From NCBI RefSeq assembly GCF_000281045.1, contig NW_008246189.1, positions 55,130-115,581 of the forward strand: a stretch of 60,452 bases of DNA, read 5' to 3'. Both the position numbers and the translations under genes were made by a program. Source of the stretch: Saprolegnia diclina VS20 (taxonomy: Eukaryota). Positions 20,916 to 32,168 of the stretch are shown here, one piece after another; position 1 is the stretch's first letter, and every line of letters starts with the position of its first letter. The notes under the pieces are model-generated. The model saw only the letters and a program-made list of their open reading frames with translations. It did not search any database and was not told the origin of the DNA.

Positions 20916-22661
20916 GGTCCAAAAACGGCACGCGACCTTCGATCGAGTGCGCCATCTCGCTGCGGTCGCCCAAGTGGTTGCACAAGTAGTTGGGCAAGTG
21001 CACGCGCGGCTCTAGGCACAGCGCCGTGTGCAGCGGGTGCCACTCGTCCCGCGCCAGACGCCGCTCATCCGGCGACAGCGCGTGCACGTACGCGTCCATG
21101 GTCGATGGCACAATGGGAGGCAGAAACAGCGGCTTGGGGAGCCCGCAAATCGTCGACAAGAGTCGATGAATACTCACGTTCGCAAGGCGAGTTCGGCTTT
21201 TGACTTCGTCGTCGAACGACATAGGCACACAGCCGATCGCACTCCACATTTTCATGTCGGTTGCTTCAATCGCCGCCAAGCGAGCGACGCGGTCGGCGGT
21301 GGGCAGTGCAGGCGGCGTTGTCTCGTGCCGAAAGAAATCCGGGTAAAACATCGAGTAGCCAGCAAAATGCTCGTCCGCGCCTTCACCTAGTTCAAGGTTG
21401 AGGTTCTTAGTGGTGAAAAGAGAGGAAGGACCTGTGAGGACGACCTTGAAACCAGCGTCGCGCACGTAGCGCGAGAGGAGAAACTTGGCGGCGCCGTTGA
21501 AATCGTTGAGCGGTGCTTCCCAGTGCCACACGGCGTCGGCAAAGGCCGCGGTCAAGTCGGCTTGCGTGATCTTGAGCACGTGGTGACGCGTGCGCGCGTG
21601 CGACGCGGTGCGGGCGGCCACGTCGCCTTCGTCATAGCCGACGCCGTCGTACTCCTACACCATTTTTTACACTAAAGTGATTCATGCATTCCGTGTACGC
21701 GGTCGGTGAACGAAATGGTAAACGCGTCTAGTTGCGCATCCGGATCGGTTTGACGCAAAATGTCGAGTGCGATACCGAGCACCGACGACGAGTCGATGCC
21801 GCCACTAGATCGATCGCCCACATTAGTCGTTTAGTACATTGTGCCATGGTCCGAGAGACTGCTGTACCTGAGGTACACGGCCACGGGTACGTCGCTGCGG
21901 AGACGCGTGCGCACCGCGTCGTAGAGCCGGTCGCGCACGCCAGCAACCATCTCGTCGAGCGAGCGCGGATCGACTTGGCGCTTGTGCGGAAACGTCGGAC
22001 GAAAGTAGCACTCGAGACGCTTCGACCCCGAGGCCGACACCACCAGCGAGTGCGCAGGCGGCAGCTTGTTGACACCAAGAAAGAGCGTGCGTTGGTCGGA
22101 GAAGTACCCGCTGCTCGCAATCGCATGCACATCCCACTGCGGCGACCATCCGAGCGCTAGAAATGCTTTGGCCTCGCTTGCGACAAGGAAGCGGTTGCCT
22201 ACTTGGGTGTAGAAGAGCGGCTTGATGCCGTACCGGTCGCGGCCACAGAATAGCTGCTGGCGCGCGCCGTCCCAGAGCACAAAGGCAAACTCGCCGACAA
22301 GGTGCTCAAGCGCGTCGACGCCGTGCTCGCGGTAGAGATGCACAAGGATCTCCGAGTCGCTCTGCGTCGCAAAGGCGTGTCCGTCACAAATCAAGGCCGC
22401 GCGGATCGCCTCGAACTCGTAAAACTCGCCGTTGACGACCGCGTGGACGTCGTCCGGCGCGTGCAGCGGCTGCGCGCCGTGGGCCACGTCCATGATCGAG
22501 AGCCGCGTGTGGCCCAGCCCGACGGTGTTCGCGTCGGTCCACGTCCCACGGCCGTCGGGACCGCGGTGGTGCAGCAGGCCCAAGGCCGCGTCGAGGTCGG
22601 GCGGCGGCAGCACAACAGGCGAGGGACCCGGCAGCTCCAAGTGGGCGACGATACCGCACAT
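20916..22661 (-). CDS. asnB: Asparagine synthase (glutamine-hydrolysing), AsnB-family Ntn amidotransferase; C-terminus lost in the gap
   Basis: MCGI start, HRGPDG, LGHTRLSIMD, VNGEFY, SDSEIL, GEFAF, RDRYGIKPLFY, YL|SGGIDS across an intron, KVVLTG|EGADEHFAGY, GDRSEMAHSIEGRVPFLD. Several short introns between 21390 and 21870. Confidence 0.92.
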
Positions 22662-23539
22662 GCCAAATTCGAATATGAAATCGGTCAAGATATCCTGCGA
22701 ACCAGAATCCTGGAGCCGGCAGCAACGTCTGGCCCCACTTTGGGGCATACGCCGTCTGTCTAAAGGGCAAACTGCCTGTCCGCCAAGCGTACGAAAAGTG
22801 CAGTGCATACATAGCGCCGTAGATTAGAAAAGTCGGGTTCTGCTCGTCGACGCGAGGACACCGGTACCGCCTCAAGAAAGCTGGCCGCTCAAGTCGACGA
22901 GCTCATATTGTGGGCGATGCAGACAGCGACGGCTTCAATGGCCAGCGCGGTTGTGGGCGATAGCCATGCTAGCTCAGCAACCAACGGTCCCGTCCTGTGC
23001 ACTCATCAAAAACTGTGGTGCACAAGGGTGCCTGCAGCCCGAATACCTGCGAAATCGAATCTAGAAAGCCTCCCAAAATACATATTTTAAACGTTGTGTC
23101 GACTGGGTTGTCCGTGGCGATGGCTCGTCGGTGGCTTGTCAACATAAAGATTAACGATGTGCGATCGTGGAGATGTAGGCGCCCGCACCGTAGCCTTCGG
23201 CCGAGCGAGGCGTCGCGCTGCATCTACTCTTGCGTCCGAGGTCATTCGCATGTACACCAACCACAGGCGCACGACCGCCTCTGGCGTCTCTGAGCTCAAA
23301 GCAACCGTTTAGAGTCGTTGTGCTCACGAAATGCAAGTGCAATATGACACGATACGCTCGCGCCTTCTCACGTTGCCACGTGTCCTGGTCAGCCGCTTGA
23401 GGACATTTGATTGACGCATCCAAAAATCATGCGCGTGGATTGGCTGGCAACCAAAACTGCCAGATTCGATAAAATGCACTTCCTGATACGCCCACGACCC
23501 GATCAAAAGTGCACGCAAGCGCAAAAGCGCGCACTCAGA

Positions 23540-25096
23540 ATGTCGACCCAGGTCGCTCAGGTCGCCAAGGTCGCCAAATCGTCGCAACCCATGGACACGG
23601 TCATGACCGTGGAAGCTGTCGTGATCAACATTGCGCAGTTCATACACGATGTCGCCGGCGTCCTCACGTTGCTCGAGGCCGTGCCGTTGACGCCGTTGCT
23701 GTCGTCGCTCCAGCGGCTGATGGAGCGTCTGGAGATGCGCACCGAGGCTCCGAGTTGCTGGCCGCACCTCTCAGTGTTGGGGCTCAAGCACAAAGACCGT
23801 GCCGCCGCACTGGCTGCGATGCCGGCCATCGCCTCGGTCCGTGCCGAAGACGTCTTTTTCCGAAATTTTGAGCGCTGCGATGTCCCCTGCAGCGCCGCCT
23901 TTCTGGACTTTCTTTGTGCGACCGCCGACAAATGGCCGGCCAAGCTATCGCGCGTCGGCCTTTCGATGCCAACGAGCGACGACAACGTGGCGCGCGTCTG
24001 TCGAGCGCTACGCCGGTGCGACCATCTCGGCAGCATTCAAGTCAACGCTGTCGACCAGTGCCACACGTCCGTGCTGGAGGCGGCGCATCACATCCGTTGT
24101 CTTGAATGGGTGTACGACGGCTACTCGAGTGTCGTTGCACGAGCGCTGATGTGGTCGGCGGCCATTACGGCCTGGCTGATCGCGGGTCCAACGACCCACA
24201 TCGGATTCCACCGGCTTGACTTCACCTCGTACAGCTCGGCTGGCCCGCTGTGGTCTCTCCATGACGACGACCTCGCGTTTGCAAAGGCGCTCGCAACCGT
24301 GCCGAGTCTTACGCTGCAAGGTGCCGATAGCATCGCCGACATGCTTGTGGGGCTGCACACTCCGCTCCATGCTCTGACGCAACTGAGCATCAACGCCGAA
24401 GATGTCGCCCGCGTAGAAGGCCTTTTCGGTCTCGTCGACTTGGCCAAGATCACGCACCTCGATATCACACTGCGTGGACGTCAGCAGGACCTCCTCAGTT
24501 GTTTTGGCGCGGCGCTGCCCCAGCTAACGTCGCTGCAAGAGCTCAGGCTAGACGGGATGGCTCTGGCAGAGGCAACGACAACGAGTCTCCGTGTCGTGTG
24601 CATCGACAATGTCGAGTGCTCGGAGCTTGTGGCGCGTCGCCTTCTCCAGTGGATCTCGTCCTCGCCGTGCCTCAACGAAGTGTCGTGGTACGGCCTCGAA
24701 TACGCCGACATCCTCTACACGGAGCTCGCAACGAACTTGCGCTCATGGATCGACGTCGGCGTGCACCGCGTGGGGCTGACAAGGGCGGGTCTTGACGATG
24801 CCGGCGCGACAGAAATGGCGCAGGTCCTGCGCGACACGCATCACGCGTCCGGCCTGATGCTGGACTTCCGATTCAACGACTTTTTGGACGTCGACGGCGC
24901 ACGGGAGCTCATTAACGCGCTCGGAACCTGCTCAAACGTCACGCTTGCTCTTGACCTCTCGGATACGACGCCTGTCGAGACATTCGCAGAGTTGTTCGCC
25001 TCGCACAATCTGACATGGCGCATCAAGTACGATGAGCAGAATATGTGCGACTTTCTCAGCGTGTCCAGCCAAACGACCCAAAGGCGCGCGACGTAG
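23540..25096 (+). CDS. RNI-like leucine-rich-repeat protein of an expanded Saprolegniales-type family
   Basis: Intronless ORF (ATG 23540). Degenerate LxxLxL repeats (LHALTQLSI, ITHLDITL, LTSLQELRL, LDDAGATEMAQVL, LDFRFNDFLDVDGARELINAL) and an F-box-like N-terminal segment (VINIAQFI...WPHL). Confidence 0.75.
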   Translation: MSTQVAQVAKVAKSSQPMDTVMTVEAVVINIAQFIHDVAGVLTLLEAVPLTPLLSSLQRLMERLEMRTEAPSCWPHLSVLGLKHKDRAAALAAMPAIASVRAEDVFFRNFERCDVPCSAAFLDFLCATADKWPAKLSRVGLSMPTSDDNVARVCRALRRCDHLGSIQVNAVDQCHTSVLEAAHHIRCLEWVYDGYSSVVARALMWSAAITAWLIAGPTTHIGFHRLDFTSYSSAGPLWSLHDDDLAFAKALATVPSLTLQGADSIADMLVGLHTPLHALTQLSINAEDVARVEGLFGLVDLAKITHLDITLRGRQQDLLSCFGAALPQLTSLQELRLDGMALAEATTTSLRVVCIDNVECSELVARRLLQWISSSPCLNEVSWYGLEYADILYTELATNLRSWIDVGVHRVGLTRAGLDDAGATEMAQVLRDTHHASGLMLDFRFNDFLDVDGARELINALGTCSNVTLALDLSDTTPVETFAELFASHNLTWRIKYDEQNMCDFLSVSSQTTQRRAT

Positions 25097-25473
25097 CTTG
25101 CATCTGCGCTTCGATTATAGACGAATTTTGTTGCCGACCAAGTTAATGCGAGTAGTTGCTCGTCGCTTGAAGTCGTTACAGCCTACTAGGAAGGCGGCGC
25201 GAAATGTCATGGTCTGGTCAACGCTTGCTGCTTTTCCATTCCACACTCACGAGGACGGTGAACGTGGTGCATGGTCTCATCCCCGAAGACGCTCGGCGCC
25301 TACGAAAACCCTAGCCATAAGACTTGAATCATAAGACTTGAATCGGTGCCAGACTAGTATTCAATGAGTCATTTGAAACTAAATACTCTTGTCCGACTTT
25401 TTCATCTGTGTAGTAGTTCCTACACGACAAAGGGTGTGGTCTAGCCTGCGTCGATGGCCATTTCTTGAATAGG

Positions 25474-28400
25474 CTACGTTGATCCAGGAGCCGGAATCGA
25501 ACCGCAGACCACCTGCACGCGAATCGCACCGTGCGACTCGGTCGCGATGGCGGTCGCAAACGTCTCCATCTGCGTCTGGGTCGCCATAACATCGCCCAAG
25601 ATGCCAAAGCACAGCGTCGGCGCCATGGACGGCATCGGGTCGAGCTCAACGCCGTTTTTGGTCAAGTCTCGGAGCCACTTGGCCAACTTCCACTTGAGTT
25701 GCTGCGAGAGAGTCCACTTTGTCTCGGTCATCGACGGCGTAAGCGTCACAACCAGCGACAATGTCTCATGGACGCTTGGGTCGCGTCGCTGCACGAGGCG
25801 ACTGAGCGTGCCGGACGACGGAAATGACGCGTCGGCTGTCACCGCCTTGGCATGCAAGAACGCCTGCTGCGCGACGCGCACCAAGTGCGGTGCCACAAAC
25901 ACGTGAGCCAAGATGTCGTCTTCCCATTGAACGGCCGAGAGGGACGCGGCGTAAGCAAAGAAGCCCGCGACCACGTCCTTGAGCGGCATCGAACGCGGCA
26001 GTGACGCCACGTACGTGGCCACGAGGTGCGTGAGCTTGAAGCTCGGGAGTCCATTCACATGCGTGCCGTGGAGGCACTGCGCCTTGAGGAGCAAGAGCAC
26101 CACGTCGACGACGCGCGCAAACGTGTCGAGCGAGATGGGACTGGACGCCACGAGCGCCGTGATGGTCGCGAGGTGCTGCAGTCCAAGGAGCGCGCGGTCG
26201 TTGGGGTCTGTCGAGAGCGCGCTCACCGGTTCATCGCGACGGGCCGCAAACACGCGCGCTTCCACAAACACAACATCGAGCTCGACCGGCGGCGCATATG
26301 GGTCCAGCCAGCGCACCTTGAGCAGCGGACAGCGGGCACTCCCCGACTCGTACACATCGGTTATACCCGCATCACGCAAGAGCTTTGCGACGCGAATCAC
26401 TGCCTGGCGCGGCGACTCGTGGACGACGAGGCAGACGTCAATGTCGCCTTTGCGTCCGAGCGCGTGCGAGCCAAACGGCAGAGCGTGGAGAGCGCCCGAG
26501 AGCCGCTGGAGCTCGGACAAAACGTGCTGCGTGTGCGTGACGTGGGCAGGTGACGGAATGCACCCGAGGTTCTTGAGAAACTGCAGCACCGAGAGCGAGT
26601 TGGCGGGCGGAAGCAGACGCTTGGCGTCAACGATACGAATGTCGAGCGACGGCCGATGAACGCTAAAGACAGCGGCCCACGTCGTGAGCGCCGACAGAAT
26701 CGCGTCGTCGTCCTCGTACACGACAAGGTGCGTCACGTGCGACGGCGCGACGAGGTTGGCGATGACACTGATCTTGTACGCTGCGTTCTCGGCGGCCCGG
26801 AGCGCGACGACATCGCCATGAAGGACCTGGTGCTGCGCGAGCGGCTTGAAAAAGGCGGCGTCCGGCGTGACACCAAACGTGTCGAGCACCCGGAGCACGG
26901 CGTCCCGCAGCGGCTCGAGGCGCGCCGTGAGCAAGACACCGGTCGACGTCGTTGCACCGAGCACGTCCTTCATGAGCGAGAGCGCGGGCAGCGGCAACAG
27001 CTTCTGCCGCGGGTGCAAGCTCATGGGCGACTTGTACCAATCCGGTCCGATCGACGCAACCTCGGACGGCGTCAAGACCGACTCGCCGTGATGGCGCACC
27101 GGAGCGCGCACAAGCGTCAAATCAAAATCAAACACGTGCACCGACGTGACGTCCGGTGACTTGAGCGCATACGTCGACGCCGCGTTTGTGGCCACCGGTG
27201 CGAGGGCGTCCGCGCAGGTCGCAAATGTCGTCAGCGAGGACGACCCGACGCGGAGGCCCACGGCACCGGACAGGGCAAGCGGCGCCTGCCACTTGTTGAC
27301 GGCCATCGACGCGAAAAGGCGCGCGCTGTTCTTGGCGGCGCCATGCGGCGCAATCGAGATCGTAATGTGCGGGTGCGGGCCGTTGGTCCACGCGCCGACG
27401 TCCGGACACTGGACGCGCACGGCTTGCGTCTCGGCATCACACACGTCACCCGTCACGAGCAGCTTGACAGTCGTTCCGAGGTGCAGCGACGAGAGGACGT
27501 CGGCGCTCGGGGCATACGCGACCGTCACGTGGTCGCAGAGTACCTTGGCGTGCACCGGCGCCACTGCACTCAGAAGCCGCTGTTGCGACGGCTTGTCCAG
27601 GAAAATGGCCGCATACGCCACGTCAGCAGGCGCGGTCACCACAGGCAAATGCGTCGCTGTCGAGGACACATAGGCAAGCTTCTTGGTGAAGACATGGGAC
27701 GCTGTGTACGGCTCGGGCCCACCCCCGTACTTTTCAAGCGGCACGGCGTGGCAGGACCGGCGCACGGCCGCTGCGACGTCAGGCGCCTCAATCTCCAGCA
27801 CATGCACGCGGTAGCTGCTCGACGCCGACAGGTCGACGTACGCTTGCACGTGGCGCGCCTGGAGATTCGTGTTGTCGACAATGATAACATCCACAGCTGC
27901 TGCGATCGCGTCTTCGAACGCTCTCTGGCAAGACGCATGGGCCTCGGCGAGCCGGGCCTTGTCATACGCATATCTGCCGTTGGCTAGCAAAAATAATGCG
28001 TCGGCGCTGCAGACGCGGTGTGAGAGACCCGCGCTGTCGGCGAACGACTGCAAATGGCGCGCGACCGAGCTCTTGCCGGCGCCTGGCACGCCCCGCAACA
28101 CATAAATGTGGTTCTTCTCAGCGGCAACGTCCCACGGCGCCGTGAGCGTCGGCGCAACATTGGCAATGGGCGGCACAATCTGTTGATAGAAACCGTCGGG
28201 CGCCACGTGACCGTTGTTGCCCATGGCGCAGAGATGCATGCCAGCGATCGCCTGCGACCCAAGCTCGTGCGAAGCGTAGGCTGCGTACGACCGCGCATCG
28301 ATCGTCGCCACCGTGCGACTGAGGTCCCGCGAGAGCTTGCACAGCGTCACGTGCGGCTGGTACACGTCGTGGTTACCGACGAGCGAGATGCCGGCGGCCG

Positions 28401-29568
28401 CGAACCGCGCTTTTAGCGTCGCCACGAGCGTCAGCAGTCCGTCGTGCGGCGCTACCTTGGCGTAGACGACGCGGTTGCCAAAAGCGCTGACGCCGTCGAA
28501 TGTGACATTCGATGTGCACAGAGTGTGCAGTAACCCCTGGCATTCGGCCAACACGCGCTTGGCGACGTCAATCTCGTCGAGGGTCTTGAGGCGCATCAGC
28601 AGCAGCGTGCAGTGAAACCGCGCTGGTGCGAGCGCCGACGGTGCCAGTCGCGGGTCGCCGCGAAGAATCGCAGCTTGCGCGTGCTTGCAAGCGTCGACGA
28701 CGCTAGAGTCCGTGATGCGAAAGCACAAGAAGGCGTTCGGGCGGTCCGTGTTGGCATGGAACGTAACATTGGCCGACGTCACGGCGGCAACGGCAGACGA
28801 CGGTGCAGGGGCGGCCGTTGACGGTGAGAACACAATCATGTCGTGACCAGACGAGCCAAAGACGCGGTCGAGTCGCACGCGCTTGTCCCAAATGATCTCG
28901 TCGCGCCATTTAAAGTACTGGATTCGGTGCTGCGGGATCGCCGTCTCGTTCTGCGACAAGGTCGCAATGTCGGCCCAGTTGAACGCCGCAAAGTTGCGCT
29001 CGACCGTACCAACAAACCGATCGAGGTACCCGACAATGACCTCGGCTTGCGTAATGCTGTCGTCCCACATGATGCGATGGATGACGTCGGTCGCGGTGCG
29101 CATCGACTTCTTCTCTGCTTTCGGCGACATTGCTGCAGGTGCCTTCTTCTTGGTCTTGTCGGGCGCGGGCGGCTTGCTACTGTTACTGGACGACCGGCGC
29201 GAGAGGGCTGGTGGTGGTGGCTTGTTCTCCTTGGCAGCGTCACGCTGGGCGCGAAGCAAGGCGACACCAGCGTCGACCATCTCAAAGAGACACACTTGGC
29301 CGTGGGCGACCGCGGCTGTGCCCGCCGCCTCCATGGCCGCGATGACCTCGGGAATACGGGCCAGCGTAGCGTACTTGTCGTGCAGGTGCGAAATTGAGAT
29401 GTGCGGGCACGTCTTGTCGATCGGGTAGGTCGGAGAGCGGGCAAACGTAAATGTGCCAACCGAAGGGAGGGCGAGCGTCACGATCCCGTCGTCGGAGGTT
29501 GTCGCGGGGGCGTCAAAGATCGCTTCAAGCGCTTCAACTTCGTCTTGCTGGATCGTCGAGTAGTCCAT
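25474..29568 (-). CDS. Multidomain RNA end-healing / repair protein: RWD - MJ1316(DUF504) - AKAP7-like 2H - N4BP2/PNK-like P-loop kinase - 2H - HAD - Pol-beta nucleotidyltransferase
   Basis: QQDEVEALEAIF...YP (RWD); MRTATDVIHRIMWD..GYLDRF..IPQHRIQYFK (MJ1316); RPNAFL..HCTL..PHVTL (2H); LRGVPGAGKS..SAD..IIVDNTN (kinase); HVTV..PHITI (2H); VFDFDLTL..LLTAR..YEDD (HAD); PFGSHALGRKGDIDV..ELDVVF (NTase). An upstream in-frame ATG at 29640 is also possible. Confidence 0.9.
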   Translation of the reverse strand: MDYSTIQQDEVEALEAIFDAPATTSDDGIVTLALPSVGTFTFARSPTYPIDKTCPHISISHLHDKYATLARIPEVIAAMEAAGTAAVAHGQVCLFEMVDAGVALLRAQRDAAKENKPPPPALSRRSSSNSSKPPAPDKTKKKAPAAMSPKAEKKSMRTATDVIHRIMWDDSITQAEVIVGYLDRFVGTVERNFAAFNWADIATLSQNETAIPQHRIQYFKWRDEIIWDKRVRLDRVFGSSGHDMIVFSPSTAAPAPSSAVAAVTSANVTFHANTDRPNAFLCFRITDSSVVDACKHAQAAILRGDPRLAPSALAPARFHCTLLLMRLKTLDEIDVAKRVLAECQGLLHTLCTSNVTFDGVSAFGNRVVYAKVAPHDGLLTLVATLKARFAAAGISLVGNHDVYQPHVTLCKLSRDLSRTVATIDARSYAAYASHELGSQAIAGMHLCAMGNNGHVAPDGFYQQIVPPIANVAPTLTAPWDVAAEKNHIYVLRGVPGAGKSSVARHLQSFADSAGLSHRVCSADALFLLANGRYAYDKARLAEAHASCQRAFEDAIAAAVDVIIVDNTNLQARHVQAYVDLSASSSYRVHVLEIEAPDVAAAVRRSCHAVPLEKYGGGPEPYTASHVFTKKLAYVSSTATHLPVVTAPADVAYAAIFLDKPSQQRLLSAVAPVHAKVLCDHVTVAYAPSADVLSSLHLGTTVKLLVTGDVCDAETQAVRVQCPDVGAWTNGPHPHITISIAPHGAAKNSARLFASMAVNKWQAPLALSGAVGLRVGSSSLTTFATCADALAPVATNAASTYALKSPDVTSVHVFDFDLTLVRAPVRHHGESVLTPSEVASIGPDWYKSPMSLHPRQKLLPLPALSLMKDVLGATTSTGVLLTARLEPLRDAVLRVLDTFGVTPDAAFFKPLAQHQVLHGDVVALRAAENAAYKISVIANLVAPSHVTHLVVYEDDDAILSALTTWAAVFSVHRPSLDIRIVDAKRLLPPANSLSVLQFLKNLGCIPSPAHVTHTQHVLSELQRLSGALHALPFGSHALGRKGDIDVCLVVHESPRQAVIRVAKLLRDAGITDVYESGSARCPLLKVRWLDPYAPPVELDVVFVEARVFAARRDEPVSALSTDPNDRALLGLQHLATITALVASSPISLDTFARVVDVVLLLLKAQCLHGTHVNGLPSFKLTHLVATYVASLPRSMPLKDVVAGFFAYAASLSAVQWEDDILAHVFVAPHLVRVAQQAFLHAKAVTADASFPSSGTLSRLVQRRDPSVHETLSLVVTLTPSMTETKWTLSQQLKWKLAKWLRDLTKNGVELDPMPSMAPTLCFGILGDVMATQTQMETFATAIATESHGAIRVQVVCGSIPAPGST

Positions 29569-30497
29569 AGTCTCGTCAGTAGTCGTAGCTGGTAAATTAG
29601 TTTCTGGCATTTGGAGTTGAGTCCTTTGGGTTGTTTGCATTTGGGCGAGTGTGAGTGATGGTCAACCCAACCGGACATCCAATGGCGGCGTAGCAAAGAC
29701 CATCACTTGGAATATCTGGCAGGAAAAAGCGAGCACAATACGATAAGCAATCCAGGGCTCGTAGCGTCGCTGGTTGTGGTGCCGGTTGATTTTTTCATTT
29801 GTTCATTGGTTGTCGTGCGGATTGTGACCACAGTCCCAGCGTGAAAGCGTAAGGTTGTCAAAGGCAGCAGAGTATCCGGATACCCCGGATTCCGATTGAT
29901 AAGCCGATGGTCCCACATCGTGGCGGTGCGGCGATCTAGTCTCTCCACCTTCAAGCGAAAAGCACTCATACGAGGCTGCGATCTGTCATGTCGCTCAATT
30001 CTCGCCCAGCATCGCTCCTTCGTCCTATGTCCACCACTCACCGCTTTTGGAACTTGGCGGATTCGTCGTCGCGGCCGACAGCGGCGAAGTACTAGTAGAG
30101 CTTCATATCAAAGACGCTGTCACGACACTAAGAACACAGTCTCGTGCGCCGTGACCTCTCAACCAGCGGATTTGGAAGAGCGCAGCAATATTGACAGTCG
30201 CCACCAAGCTTGCTCCAACGATTGCGCTGCCTCAGCTACGTGGGCGTCGACGCGACAAGCTGCTGCGGCTTTTTTGCACCCGCGCCGCGTTACTGCGTCG
30301 CACACTGTGCGCCCGTTGCAGTCGCAGAATTCTCAGCGCACGTTGAAGGTGGTCCATTTGGCTCGCTCTTGTTGGCGCCATTTTGGCGACTTGGCGACTT
30401 GGTGCTGTCTTCTTACCCAAGATGCCAGGTGTAATAAACACGTCCATTTTGTCAAGATCTGGCGGTATCCGGTCGGCGTATTCGGATCGCTTTCGCC

Positions 30498-32168
30498 ATG
30501 GACCGCGTGTGGCACGTCGCCTTGCTCGCGTCCATGAGCGCCGTCACGCTCTTTGCGCTGCAGCAGAAGCGGGAGAAGAGGCGCACTGCAGCTGCGCCAG
30601 TCCGCGCGACCGCCAAGGCCGCCCCGCCCTCTGTGCACCACATGGAGCTCTCGATCGCCGGGTCCTTCTCGCACAACGGACTCTACACGCAGGCGCTCGC
30701 CATCTACTCGCGCCTCCTCACAGCGTCGTTGGCCGAGACGCCGCGCCGGCGCGCCCACATTAGCCACCTCTACGACTTGCGCTCGTGTGTCTACGAGGCC
30801 CTCCAGCAGTTTGAGTGCGTCATCGCCGACACGACCGCCGCGCTGGCGTACGATCCGAGGTCCGACATGCAATGCTTTGCGTCTTGCTCACACGTATCAC
30901 CGTCTTGAACGTAGCTCAAGCGACTTGTATTTACGGCGGGGCATTGCGTATGCACACTTACACCGATATACGCTCGCGCTCTGCGATGTCTTGTCGGCGC
31001 TGCACCACGGACGGTCGCCCGAGGACCTGCGCGACATGGAAGAGATGCTGCGGGCGCTTGAGAAAGAAGCCATCTTTTACGAAGCGCGCGACGCTCTTCA
31101 GAACCGCCAAGCGGCGCGCTGTCTGCCCGACGACTACAAGGTGCAAGCGTACTTTGACATCTTCCACGGGCGCGACGTCGACGACGCCTTTGCCACACTC
31201 CTCCACCGTGTGTCGCTCGACCGCCACACGTCTGACGGCGTCGCATGCTTGCATGCCGCCTTGGAGCATCGGCGGCGTGGGCATTTCCTCGAGGCGCACG
31301 ACCAGCTCGTGCGCGCCCGGACCCTGCTGCCGCCGACCCACGCGCTCTATGTCGTTGCAGACCTCGAACACGCCAGCTACCTCCATCTGTGCCACTGCTA
31401 CGACGACGCAGCGACTGTCTTGCAGCACTGCACGTCGCGCCTTCCCACGTCGCTCTGGATACAGGTATCCTTCCAGTCCGAAAAGCTCTGCGAAACGCGC
31501 GGTAGGCGCACCGCTTCCACAACGATATCGTCCGGCGCGACCGCACAGGATCCCGTCTTCGACTCGCCGCTGTCGACACGACGTCCCCAACGCTTTTGTA
31601 CCTGCAAGGGCTCTACCACGCGACGCTGAGCGGCGACAGTGTCCGTGCCGTGGCGTCCTGGACCGCCGCAATCACGCGCTCGCCCGAGTACGTGGCACCG
31701 TACGTGGCGCTGAGCCAACACTATTTAAAGAGCGCCACGTTCGCCGCGCACTCGGTGCTGCACCAGTGCCTCGCGTGGTACTTTCTCTATGTCGACACGG
31801 CGCCGCCGGCGCTCACGTGGATCTACCTCGGGCTCGGGCACTTTGAGGCCGCCAACGGCCGCGACGCCACCGCCTGCTACGAAGCGAGCTTGGGCGTGAG
31901 CCCTGCGTTCGTGCCCGCGTACGTCGCGCTCAGCGAGACGCACCGCGGGACGTACGAAGTCGCGCAGGCCTACTTGATGCAAGCGCTCGTCTACACGCGC
32001 AGTGCGGCGCCCGGTATCCTCCTCGCGCATCTCCGCAGTGAAAAAGGCATGTGGGCGCACGCCGTCGACGCGTGCGACCACGCACTGCAGTACGCGTGGA
32101 GCTACCCCGAGCTCTGCCAGGTCTTTGCCGTCCGCAATCTCGCGGCGGCCAAAGCCACGCGGACGTAG
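30498..32168 (+). CDS. N-terminally anchored TPR protein, Tom70-like architecture
   Basis: Hydrophobic N-terminus plus basic stretch, three TPR-like repeats, linker LPDDYKVQAYFDIF, further TPR-like helices. Introns 30860-30914 and 31465-31505. Confidence 0.75.

Noticed and set aside
20680..21621. ORF-track proteins reading through the N gap
   Set aside because: Artefact of translating Ns; the two sides belong to different genes.
25316..25344. Short tandem duplications (CATAAGACTTGAAT x2; also GAATCTGAGCGA x2 near 34464)
   Set aside because: Isolated slippage-type duplications with no associated element.
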